NCBI GenBank assembly: GCA_009103225.1
Contig: RHPI01001428.1
Location: 118,487-182,486, forward strand
Source: Chlorokybus atmophyticus
Lineage: Eukaryota; Plantae; Mesostigma and Chlorokybus algae
Direction: 5' to 3'
Length of the DNA: 64,000 bases
Below the pieces are notes generated by a model that saw nothing but the letters and a program-made list of their open reading frames with translations, made no database searches and was not told where the DNA came from. Of the stretch, positions 35,502 to 48,196 are shown piece after piece. The stretch's first letter is position 1. Every line of letters starts with the position of its first letter. The translations under genes and the position numbers were made by a program.

Positions 35502-38076
35502 TAGCGACTCCCTAGCAAATAGGAAGTCGTTAATGTATGACAGTACACGGATGCCTTGTACACGCCAATGGCGCACCAATTGCTTCATGACCTTTGTGAA
35601 CACAAAGCACGCCGTGCTCAACCCCAATGGCAACGAGCAAAAGTTGTACACTTTGCCCGCAAAAGACAACCTAAAGTAGACCAAAAAGGCGGGGTGTATG
35701 TTCACTTCATAATAGCCGGACTTCAAGTCCGTGGAGAACAACCAGTCCTCGGGCTGCAGTAAGTCTGAGATGCTGCGCACAACCTTATACTTGAATGGCG
35801 TGTTCATTAAGTAGGAGTTGATATAGCGCAAGTCCATGATGAGGCGCAGCTTGCGGCCATCATCGACCACGTTCAATGGGCTCACCACGAGGGGTGACAC
35901 ACTATTGTGCGGCCCCACTATGCACTGGGTTGGCGATAGCAGCCGCAGTGAAAGTCGCAAACCCATGCACACCCTTGTGGTCGGTGAATGCCCAACCGCG
36001 AGGTGGGTCAGCCGCCCATGTAGCTTGTACCCGTACTCCACCCACGATAGCACCATTGTAGGTTCACAAAGTTCACGCCATGCTGGCAGGGCATACCGCA
36101 GTCAATTCTGCATATCAGGCCCCTGAATGGTGAGGTTGGCAGGGACGCGAGCAAACTCATGGTGTTTCATCCAGGCCTCCACCAACTTCCACTCTATTGA
36201 AGTGTAGTCAAGGGCCACAATGCACGCTACCTCCGTTTCTGCCCCCCGTATGTGCAACATGTGAGTGCATGCACTCCCATCTTGTAATGGTCATAACTTT
36301 TGCAAACGATGTCTGATTGGGACGTTTATGGTGTCAAAGGAAAGCGTCTGTCAGCGCCCAATTTGCCAAGCGAGTTTGAATAATGGAAGCTTGCCGGGGC
36401 CTTAAACGACCTTGCCGGGGCCTTAAACGAAAGTTATGAGCCCAACAATGTGCAACCATAGCAAACCGTGTATGAATGTCATGTTCTTCGGCTCTGCATG
36501 AGCGTCACAGCATCATAGTGATGAACCCAAAACGTCATTGCATTTGGAGGGCTATTTAAGCCCTCAAAAAGAAATCACAGGCAATACATGCGCACAAGTG
36601 TATAGCAACTTGGCTGTCATGACACAGCTGTGGGGCTACTATGAGAGCTAATGGCCCCCACGCCCTGCAGGCTCACGGCAATGGGCACGCAGGTACGCAG
36701 GCTTCCTGCAATTGTAGCAGGTGCAAACATCCCACTGGCCCCCAGTCGAAGCTGCTTGAGAGCGCTTTTATAGCTCGTTTTCCCCGCACCAAATGCGTAT
36801 GACCCTGAGTAGCAGGGGGGATACTGGCCCCGGCTTTTATTAGTGTGGTAGGCTGGCTTTGCCTTGGGCGTGAGCTGCGCGGCAGCCACGTCCTTCAACG
36901 CCTTTTAAGGTGATTTGCCTCAGCATCATCTATTGCGAGGGGGTTGCCGCACCGGCTCGTCCACAACTTTTCAACCATGCTTGTTGGCCACTTTCACGTA
37001 GTGGAACTGGTTACACACCTCAACAAATACTGCGCATTGAGCAGATAAAAGCAACACGGGTTGCATGCTCACACGGGCCCAAAGCCACCGAGTCTAGCGC
37101 CAAGCGCACCCCCAATTCATTTTTAACCCTACCATGCGCATGCAAATGCAGATGTTGTGCCCTGTTGTGCTCATTCCCTTGCCGTGAGGTAGTCATAATG
37201 TTGGTACAGGGGTGAACATGCAATGGTGTTAAGTGCGGGCCCCTCCCCCACTCTCCGGATATGGGGGGAGGAGGGATGCAGAACACATGTAGCTAATAGA
37301 ATGTGTGTAGCTATACGGGCTGGTGCCTTCATAAGGCCCATAATGCACGCATGTGCAAGCTTGCGTGGGCCCGCGCCCACTTCATCATGTGCCTACATGC
37401 GCTTGCGTATGGCAGTGCTCAACAGAGAATGAACCAATTTCATGTTCTTTTTGCGGCCTTGCGGCGAAGTGGGGGTCCTCGCGAAGGTATGTGGGCGCTC
37501 AATACTAGGAAAATGCCGCCGAGCCGAGATGAGCCGTCACCTTAAGGTGTTGTCGAGCCCGCTTCTTCAAGTTCTCCTTCCAAGGGGTAGCGGGCTCGCT
37601 GAAGCGGGTGGCCATGGCCGCCACTCGAGCGTTGAGGTTGGTGGAGTCGCCATTGTCGCGACGAAGGATGCTCACAAGCAGGGGTGGGTGGGCTCGTCGG
37701 TGACGGGCTTATGAGGGATGGCCGGCGCCTTCCCACGCTTTAGGCGAATGTTCTCCGCCTCCACCACCTCCAACCTCCTCGCCATGTCCTTCGCGAACAA
37801 AATAAACGGGTGGTAGAGCTGCTTGAACTTGGGGCCCGCTTTTGGCTCTTTGGGCGAAAGTCCTCATCCGACTCCTCATCGGACTCCTCATCCTCGCCTC
37901 CACCACCACCCTCCTTATTCACCTCCTCTTCTCTCCTTCCTTTCTTGCAACTTACAACTCGCGCCTGGTGAGTGCTTGTGCCCCCCAAGTGCCCAAGGCA
38001 CAAGAGTCTTATAAACTATCAACGAGTTTTTAAGTTCATGAGCGCGCATTGCATGCGCTTCATGAACTCGTATACT
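35502..38076 (-). mobile_element. YR retrotransposon copy 2, 5' half (terminal segment, gag, RT N-terminus)
   Basis: ORF 35487-36056 KLRLIMDLRYIN...STDLKSGY...YINDFLFA; gag homology 36600-37930; 37950-38076 matches 8085-8218. Confidence 0.9.
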
Positions 38077-38669
38077 AATGCAAGCGCGCTGGTGCTTGTA
38101 AGTTTTCTATGAATAGGGAATATTGAGCGCAACGCAATCAATCAGGTACATGCATGACTCTGACAACATAGTGCAAGGCATGTTCCGCTACGGCTGGAGG
38201 TAAGTGCTTTAATGATACCGCAAACTATTCTAGTGCACACCTCGCTTGTTAACTAGCGGTTGTGATTGCCTATGCGTATGCTCTTCAGAGGTTGCTTGCG
38301 TATGTTGTATGAACTTGACAAGCAGTTGTAGAATTTAATTTGTAATAATACGTGCTATGCACCGTGCAGTGTGACATACTATATGAATGACAACAACATG
38401 TTGTTCTTATTTGAGTGTGGGGCCAAGTTAAGCTTTTTCATAACATATGTGTATAAGTGTGGGCTTTTTCACGCATATATTACTTATTACAAAATAATAA
38501 TAATCTTCATACTTGCATACAATACTTCATGTCTTATTCAACCGGGATTTTGCATGCTGCACATTATTGATGTTAAGTACAATACCATGACAAAGGATCA
38601 CGGATGTACAAACACTTAAATGCACAGCCACGCGCGCGCGTGCACATACATAGCCAGTGCACTACTGGA

Positions 38670-41600
38670 AGGCGGGGGGATTCGGCACAGCACTGCACTC
38701 CATAGCACTGCATAGTCCTTGCTGTCATCGCTCCATCTCCACTGCATACTAACAACCCTTCTGCTCTACCTCGGATGCTGGTGTGGGACGGCTTGATGGT
38801 GAAAGCTTGATGGTCCAACTCTAATTATCCGGTACCTATCCTTGATGCATGCATTAAGAATTCACAAGCATTAGCGCATGCATATAGCAGAGGCGCTGCA
38901 ACACCACCGACCATGTTGCAAAGTGGGACGAATGCATGCGGTGTATGTGTCGGGCATACTACTAGCTGGAGTTGCCGGAGCTTAAAATATTGCGAAAAGG
39001 AAGAGCTGAGCAACTCTTTGCCTCTGATGCTCTCATTCCCTTTTATGTGCGCACAGCATGCACCATTTTATATATGTTATGTATTAGCTGGATCGGGGCA
39101 TGCGTACATATGTGGGTTTTTCTAGCAGTACTCCCTTTGCTCTTTTCAAACAACATATGCAAAAAGAAACTGCTGCTGATGCAACTCCTCTTGCAAAAAT
39201 CATGCAGACATCTGGGGTGCATACATGGGGCATTTCCTATGAAGCATAAGCCGCTGCTAAACGGCATGGGCAAGGCGCAGTGGCAGAATGAGGCGCGGGA
39301 GCAAGAGAAGCATTGGATGCAGCTTCTGTGGATGCAAGCCCCTCACGGCTACAATTAGGATACAAAAAAGTTTACAAGGTCACGAACTCCTTACAGCCAA
39401 GCACATGTTGCTGTCAAGCATTGTGCATTGGCTTTCAACCAAGCTGCTACGAGTGCTGATGTTAATGCTGTGTTTGAGCCTCATGCACGACTGCATACTT
39501 GCACTGACTACGGCCGTTGATTGAGATACTTGCAAGCATGCATGTTTGTGAAACGTTTCAACGTGCAAAAGTTGATGCAGCACAACAGCAGAGGGGTACC
39601 GCAGCATTGTTCAATATTCTCGTTGAATGAGAAGATTGAGCAATGCATGCTTGATCTTCTCAAGCGCTATGCTCAAAAAAATATAAGGTTGGACGAGTCC
39701 AAAGCACGCTCAACTTCAGGCCCTTCAACAACGCAATGCTACGCTACCCCAAACCAGCAACAAACATCGCCAACAAAGTACTCATCGCCTGCAAGTTTTT
39801 AAGTATGGCAACTGATGCTCCGTGCAGGCGGCTATGAACTACGCAACCGCAACGTTAGCAGTGCCTCAACACTTACAACCTGCTTAGACGGATCCCTTGG
39901 TCGTATGGAAGTACAACTGTACTTCATTTAAGGCGCTGTGCAATCGCTCACCATTGGTGACACGGGTAACCACATAGCAGCTGGTAATCTCTATATAATG
40001 CTATGGTTGCCATACACACTTATGTATGCTGATATCACTCATGCTGCTCCCGCTCATTTTGTTACTTGTGAATATCCACCAGCACGCTCACCCATGGCCC
40101 ACAGTAATAGTGCATCAACAATAAGTGCACTATTGCTTTGTGGCACCAAGTTCAAGCTACATGCGCTAGCAACAATGTAGGCTTGCTTGCGCGCCATTAC
40201 AATTGCGCTACATCAGTGGGCGGAAGCTTGTGAAGCACGGCAGCACTGACCTGGTTTACTGCGTGCATAGATGATGTTGCGATTAATGTTTTGCAAGCAC
40301 AAGCAGCAGCAACACCACCACCCGTGGCACCTGCCACGTAGCACTTGCACATGTCTGTGCGGGATACTACCATCACTAACTACTTGCATCATTATTCTGT
40401 CATCACACAGGTGGACAAGTCCGCATCCACCTTGCAATCATTGTAAGCGTTATTCAAGCGTCAGTCAGTAGTACTTACAATGTCTACACCAGCGTATGAG
40501 GTGTGGCAACAACCTCTGGCAGTTGTTCTGGTTGCGCATGCTGAGTTCATGATCAGCGTGACACATGACTTTCGTTAACATCAGCACAACTCTAAGCCAC
40601 GGCTACATCATCTATACCTTATCGCCAAGCTACACAAGATTTTACCGAAGTTGCAATTCACCAAATGCTGCTATAGCATAGCAGCTGCACTCAACACAAC
40701 ACTGTCAGATATGTGTCAGTGTGATTATGTCGTGTACAAATGTTGTGTGAACGTGATGGATGATGTGTAGGTTGAACCAATGCAAGACCCACCGCGCTTG
40801 CATTTTAATACTTCAAGGACTCCAATGGACTTCAGCGCCTTTGACCCACCTCCACACAACCTGTACCAAACAGGCAAATCGTGAGTTTTTGCAGTTGGAC
40901 ACATGTGACTTCACTACTCTCTGTACCTACTCGAAACATGCTGATCTGACTAGTATCATCGACATATTCATGCATGAGATATTCATTGCTTACATGCATA
41001 TGCACTGTAGGGCCACTACCCTGCATGTGACAGTGGTCGCAGGTGTTGTCACACAGAGATGGGCCATGTACACTACAATCAAGCAACAGAAGGTGTAATA
41101 AAAGGTCTTGATGAGCATCTCGTGCACACATTGCTGCTGATTGTGTGCTCAAAGCTGTTGATACAGACAGCAAGCGATCGGCTGCATAGGCATTGGATTA
41201 GGAACCCTATGGGCAACCTAGCAGAGGTGTATACTATAATAGTATTGCAAACTATAATCTTGTTGCCTATGAGCTTAGATGGCTAAGACGCCTACAGCCC
41301 TTGGTGGATACACCGCTCTTCTCAAGCTGGCTAAAGGTGTTCACAGGTTTCTGATTGATCTTCTGTTTGTGGATATGCATGACTTGGCACAATTTATGTA
41401 CATGTCAGAGGCTGCACTAGGGTATGAAATCTACCCGCAACACATGTTGACATTGTCACGCACAACGTAAAGAACAGCTATCCCTTTTTTGAACATGCTC
41501 ATTTTGCAGACGACAGGTAATTGCACCAGAGTTACAACAAGCTTCGAAAAGCCGCATTTGCAGCAGTGCCGTGATGAGAGCACCACATCCACTCTCTGCT

Positions 41601-42310
41601 TTTGCGACTGCAACCAAGCTGAACGTGGTGGTTGCACAAACTGTTAGGTTTGTACGGCTCCGTACTTTCAGACCACACTTCGTGCAGGAAATGAAGCAAG
41701 CAATAGTTGTAACGACCTTCTATGGCCATAACAAGAAGCACCTCCTTGATAGATTGAGGGCGAAGATGGTAAGCCAGCAAGTTTATATCTATGACGTGAC
41801 ACCGTTGCACTTGTACTACATGAAGTACATGCATGTCGTACAGGCGTACAAGGACGCATGAGGCAATCGCGGTAACGGTGATTATTATGGCATTTCACAG
41901 GTAAGCGATGGTGAGTGCACGTGAGGGGAGCAGCTGGCCTGCTTTCATGCAAGCCATGATTTTCGTGCTTGTGCTAGTGTGTGTGCATAAGTGCACTTGC
42001 CTTGTGCTGTGCTGCTGCTGTGCTAGGTTGTGTTCATGTGTCCATGTTGCGCCTTGTCTTGTGACTGTAAATGGCTGTAGCTACATGACCGTTGCTGACC
42101 CAATGGGCTGTGAGAATCTTTGCACTGGCAATTACAGGTCTTTGTCGCAACTACAAGACAGGATGCTCTACCACCCAGTAGCAGCCACAAAGATTGCAAG
42201 CGGAGGAGAGTCAGAGGGCGGGGGGCATTCGGCACAGCACTGCACTACATAGCACCATCGCTCCACCTCCACTTGCGGGACTAACACTCCTTCTGCTCTC
42301 CCTTGGTACT
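38670..42310 (+). mobile_element. Penelope-like element with N-terminal GIY-YIG endonuclease (Chlamys/Naiad-type domain order), decayed
   Basis: ILYML...TYVGFS...FKQH and EKHWMQLLWMQAPHGYN (39050-39358); RT LDTCDFTTLCT (~40880), PMG (~41208), RFLIDLLF, IPFLNMLI, thumb TKLNVVVAQTVRFVRL...F...YGH (41571-41861). Flanking ~100-bp direct repeats at 38671 and 42217. Confidence 0.72.
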
Positions 42311-43118
42311 CTAGGATACATAGAGTCCTTGCTTTCTACCCAAGCCATGCGCTGGGTAGAAAGGCACGCACTTATAGCACTAGTGTAGCAGTAGTATAGG
42401 GCCCCCGGGGTGGTAATAGTTGGTTTGCTCTTTGCGGCCTGCTTGTTGTGGGTGACTTCCTTGTCATTGTTGGCTTGCATTGCTGGGACAGTGTGTGTAT
42501 GTGTATGTGTGCATGATGTGCACATTGATTTATAACTTATATACACAGCCACTGCGCAAGTGACTACTACTGCCGTTGATGCCTGCATGCATGACTTACT
42601 AGAGGAAGGTAGGAGTAGAGGTAGAGTAGAGAGTAAGATTAGCCCGCTGGGCGTACATGCAGCATGAAGGTGTGCAGTATATGCGTGCTGTTGTGCACAC
42701 GCAACATTGCGCAACAACCACATGCACACCACTCAAGCATCGCATGCATACTAATATACACTTCAACTAGTAGTCACCACCGGGCTAACATCTACTATAC
42801 TACCCAACATCCACTAGCCCTCCCTGTCAGACAAGCATGCACAGTCACACGTGGTCATTACCTGCACCACGGCCGTTGTACAGGATATGCACGAAGCAGT
42901 CGTGTGTAGCGTGGTATATGATGTGAACATGCATGTTTATAGTAGCCACACGCTTATCTTGTTCACATATGTGGTAACACAGCTTTCACAAATCAACCAC
43001 GAAGCAACTACCTGACTATGTACTAGGCTTAACGAACTGATGACACGCTCATGAACATCGCCTAATTTCAAGTAGTAACAACACTAGCAGCAACAACACT
43101 AGTTACTACCGAGGCGCT

Positions 43119-46100
43119 CTAGCGATCTGATAGTACACGCTCACTCCACGACAACAGAAAATCTCTTCCAATGTTGGGGAGATCTGCAAAGCAAGTGCCA
43201 CTTGTCACTTCACAGCGATAGTCACAAGATACCGACAGTGCCAACAAGTCTATCCGCAACTGACCTCTGATCATGTCCTGCACGAGACGCTGCGGCTGCA
43301 GATCCGAAGAGACCGTCCCGAGCAGGTGAGTGACCTCACCAATGTGCAGCCTCTCGCCTTCCGTAAATGCACGGATGAGCTGCTGGCGAAGGCCCTCATC
43401 CCTCAGCACCACCAACGCGCCGTCTTTGACCGTTCCGGTGAGGTCCAGAGTGCCTCCAACTCCCTCTTTGGCCAGCTTTATTAGGTTCTCAAGCCGTGCC
43501 CACTGAAAGCTGCCATTCCTGAACAAAACCTGCACAGCAAGAGTCACCATCGCAAGCATGCAGGCGTCCAAGCCACCTTTTGCTGTATCAGAACATCTCT
43601 ACTCTACGCGGGTCATCACATGTTGCTGGAAACAAACCGGGTGCGAAGGGAGGGTGCACACCTGGAGCAGTCGGTCTCGTAGGGCGGGGTCCGGGTCCGT
43701 CAGCAAGCGTTTGGCAACATAAGGATACGCCACTTCCAAGAACTTGAAATTCGGTTGCAGCGTCAAGCAGATGCCCTCTTGCGTGAGTAACGACCGAATG
43801 ACCAGTGCAAAGCGCTCTGGTATGCGGATAGGGTACTGGAACACAAGCTTATTGAACTTGTCTGTGACAGTCCTGAAGTTGAAGTCCGCCATTGACTTGC
43901 CTGCAGTGAAGCATAATCAGACCGACAGGCAAGTGTACGGCTCACCAAATCACAACAGCTGTGTAACGAGCCATGAGCCCATCCAGAATAAGTACAGGTT
44001 ACCGACTCATAATAACTGTGTCACAAGCTATGAGCACAACTAGAATGAGTGAAACTTCTGCGCTTACAATGGAACGACAAATGCACCTGTCGAGTCTTGC
44101 CAAATTTTCTCAAGCGCAGGAACAATAGGAGTGATGTCTGTGCCAGGGGCAAGGAAGCCCAGGCGGCTGAAGTCACCAGCCATCTCAACATAATCCTCGT
44201 TGACAGCATGTACCACAGCATCTATAAGAATTTGCTTGTTCAGCTGCGCAGAGACGGATGTCAGTCGTCACGATTGAGCTCCATAGATTGATTGTGGGGC
44301 TCTGCAATGGGTATGTGCGTGGACAATATGTTAAGCAACCACTGCATACCTGGCTAAGCTCTGCCACGTTGCCAAAGTCCACATACGCAATGCGCCCATC
44401 GCGCATGGCAAACAGGTTACCTGGCTGACAGTTTGCACGAAACGGCGTTGGCATGATAAAGCGGCACAACATGCACAAAAGAGTTACTGCTGATACTTAC
44501 ATGTGGGTCACCGTGAAAAAGGCCAAACTCCAGAAGCTGTCGCAACGCTGAGCTGACCCCAACAGTGATGAAGCGTGGGATGTCAATGCCTGAAGGTGGT
44601 CATGTGGTGCGTGAGTGATGACCACTGATGCACCAATGCTCGAGATACGGCTCTACTACAGGCAAACATATCAACGAGGCATGCGCAATCATCCCACCTT
44701 CGCTCTTGATGCTAGCGATATCCGTAAGCTTGACCCCGTCAATCCACTCCATCACTAAAACCTGAGGACCTGTCAACTCCCGGTAGCACATGGGAATTTT
44801 CACATAGGGGTCATTCTTGAAGTTCCCATAGAAATCTAGCATGTTGCGCGCTTCCTGTGCAAACAATGTCAACAGTGTCAACAGTGGTATGCACATAATC
44901 ATTGTCACATACCCAAGGATAATGACCCCAACGCACACCTGCACATAATCCAGCTCTTCCAGCAGCTTCTCACCAAACTCGTCGACAATGAGCTGCAAAG
45001 ACCGCGGACTGCTTAGCTCGCAAAGCTCTAGCATGGTCACTATACGAAATACCCAAACAGGCAAGAGACACATTGTTGCGGCTCACCTGTGCATTGCACC
45101 CCAAGTGCTTCATTGAATACGAGTTCACTAATTGTGCCAAAGTGCGAAACAAGAACAGATCCATGTAAATGATGGGCTCGATTCCAGGACGCTGCACTTT
45201 GATGGCAACATCGGCACCTGGTGCGACAGGCGAGTCGTCTCTTATCCGTCCTTTGTACACCTGTGCGTCATCACACAACACCAATTCCAATCTCATGTGC
45301 TACTACACATCACACGCAGCTTGGTTACCTCAGCAACAGCTCAACGCAAGTACCTGACCAAGTGATGCTGCTGCAACCGGCTCTGGTGAGATGTAAGCGA
45401 ACACTGACGAGATTGGCCGCCCAAGCGACTCTTCAATGATCTCGTAAGCTTGCTGAAACAGAGGATCTGCCTCAGAGACAAATCTTGGCTGCTCTAACCA
45501 TGCAAGTTTGTACCCGCCAACATACCCTGCTTGGGAATGCCGGCACGTCATCTTGCAGCCTACACAGCTCGTTCATGTAGTCATCACGAATGATATCTGG
45601 TCGGTTGGCCAGCACCTAAACATCATGTATGAGCGCATCATGACCGCACATTGAAGGAGCGCTGCAAGATGCCACAGCATGACACTGAGAGAGCCACTAC
45701 CTACAGGGTAACAGCGTCACACCGTGATTGCATTACACAATAGGCTTCTTACCAAGGGTGTGACTATGCATAGACAAATAACAGCGCTTTTCCCCCTGAC
45801 CACTATATCATGCCCTTCAAACCCGCATTATCCATCAAGGCAACCTGCGGCTCTGTACCTGGCCTGCTTTGATAAATGATGGCCCCAGCTTCACAAGCAT
45901 TTGTCGAAGTTGTGCTGATCGCAACTGCACATTGATGGCGTCTCTGCCCGTGAGCTCGTCCAGCCATAACCTGGAAAAGAAGCCCGCCAGAGTGGTGCAC
46001 ATTTGCGTGCCGCGAGCGAGTACTTGCAAAGCAGCCAGGGGAGAGCTCAGCACCCTGTCGCGAACCTGCATGTACCATTGCGTCACATGGTTATTTCGAC

Positions 46101-47238
46101 TGTTGACCAGTGCGCATCGTACAAAAATCATGTTGCGTACAGCATCGCATCCACTATCCTGACACAACGAAAGTTGTCGTAGGCAAGCTCCTGCACCCTT
46201 GAAAGCCCACCATCACAAAAGTCTCTTACAACCCAAAGCACAAAAGTTTAACTGCCTTGCATGCTGCACAGACTCACCCTGTTGGCCATTGCCAGCCACA
46301 GCTTTCCCCCTTCCCCCCCTCCCCCATATACAAACATACCAACACAGTGACCTTGCCACACACCCACCGCCACTGCACACAAACTCAAGTTGAAAACAAT
46401 AACGTGTTGGTGTCGCCAGGTGTGTACTTTATGCTGTGCGCTGCTCGCATGCACAGTGCAGCGCATCGCACAATCTGTGTTGCACGCGATGGCATGCTCT
46501 GCACAATAAAGCTGCTACGTGTGGCTAGCTGTCAACTACATACCACCTGCATTGCTGTTTGGCATCCTTTCAATGGGCAGAAGACTGCCATGTAGTTTGC
46601 TCAAACAGTCTGCGTTGAAGCTGTCATACTCACTTCTACGTGCAACACTCCGTCAGCAGCAGGTTATCGCTATGAGATCAACAAATTCAACAGCCCAACG
46701 CTTGTGTAGCTTACAACTGGAGAACAGTCTCAAACGACATGCAATCGACCACGCAATCTTGCTGAGCCCCTGTTTGAGCTTGTTAGACTTCTCAACACCG
46801 CTCTCTGTGTCCGCGGCTTACCAGCTGTGGAGAGTATTTGCGAAAAGTGACGCATAGTCCGCGGTCCAGGTCGAGCTGCGTGAGGGCGTCCTCCTTGCCC
46901 GCGCCTCCCAGGACCATGGTCCCATTGAAGCCGTTCAGCTTGCTGTCCGTCTGCAGCTGCAGCGCGGGTGTGGGCGAGCGGGCGGGTGAGGGAGCTCTAC
47001 CGGAAGGGGAGGAGGCTGCTGGGGTCTTGCTGCGTGGAGGCGGCGCCAGCACGGCGGAGACCACGAATCCATGCGCCCCCCGCCGTCGGCCCCCCACCCT
47101 GCGCCTGTGCTGCCTACCCCTGTTGTTTGACCATGCGCCCCCGAACCCCCCCGCTTCGCCTGTCTTCCGGTTCAGCCCCGACACCCCAGCCTCATTGAAC
47201 GCCGCACAGCAGCCGGAGGTGCTCGCCGTCAACGACAT
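43119..47238 (-). CDS. ABC1K1: Plastid/plastoglobule ABC1-like atypical kinase, ABC1K1 (PGR6/BDR1) ortholog, multi-exon
   Basis: Transit-peptide-like N-terminus, LDLDRGLCVTFRKYSP, LGPSFIKAGQ, AAASLGQVY, DVAIKVQRP, DEFGEKLLEELDY, LVMEWIDG, LLEFGLFHGDPHPGN, YVDFG, IRIPERFALVIRSLLTQEG, C-terminus FLLSWSERVLSDR. GT-AG introns. Confidence 0.93.
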
Positions 47239-47652
47239 CCTCCACCTCCTCCTTCACCCTCAGCAGGCTGTGCCTACTACTGCTGACGCCCAATTCGTTC
47301 AACTGATGTTACTGCACATCGTCGACGCTGTGCAGTGTTCCATACCGCTCCACAGTCAGTCGCAAGGTCAAACCCAATCTCAACCAGCAAGCAACAACGC
47401 CTCCACCGCCGCCGCCGCCGCCGGCTGTCTTCCTCTCCGCCCAGCTTGGTTCACGGCCACTGCTGGTGTGAGATGGGGAAAGCGACGGACAGACGCTCTC
47501 TCGCCTCAGCCACAAGCCACAAACGCTCGCTCGTGGGGAATCTCTTCTGGGTTCGGAAATGTTTCTCGCGACAATACGTCTGTCAAACGCTGGTCTCGGT
47601 CCGAGAAGGACTACTGCTGATCCAGGGACTAGCGAGATCCGCCCCGATTTGG

Positions 47653-47659
47653 TATAAAA
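47653..47659 (+). promoter_or_regulatory. Candidate TATA box in the divergent ABC1K1/FAP intergenic region
   Basis: TATAAAA, 55 bp upstream of an ATG at 47714. Sequence motif only. Confidence 0.35.
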
Positions 47660-48196
47660 GCTGGCGCATTGTTGAGAGCTTGCTTCAGGATCGCACCCAG
47701 AATCGGTCCTGGGATGGAGCTTATAGCCGTGGAGGAGGCCACGTTAGCGAATGACGCGTTGGTCCTTCCGCGTCCGAGTTCAGGTGATGGTGGTGAGCAG
47801 AGACCAGATCTCTGTCATGTCGCGTCGCGCTTTCTCCCGCCACGGTCAATGCCGATACGCGCGATTGAGCAGCAGCAGCAGCAGGCCTCGGCGGTAGAGC
47901 CCAGTAGTAGCCTGCACTGCACAGAGGCGGGCGGCGGTACGCACGACGAGGACGGAGCTGACGGGACGGCCAGTGGCGCCCGCATTGAGCGTCTGATCAG
48001 TGCTGTACGTATCTAGCGGGGGGTCGAGAGGAGCAGTGTGGTGGCAAGCACGGCAACTTTACTGAACAGTCGCGACGGCAACACTGCGCTTGGCTAGCTC
48101 CGGGAGATCAGCTTGCAAGCTACCACGTATATAGACCAGGCCTAGCGTTGCTGCAGGCTCACTGTGCTCCTGCCTGTCGTCCTTCCTGTTGTTGCC

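Noticed and set aside
38780-38815. Hammerhead ribozyme near the PLE repeat (CTTGATGGTGAAAGC); also CTGATGA at ~43037
   Set aside because: Conserved core and stems could not be completed by eye; a covariance-model search is needed.
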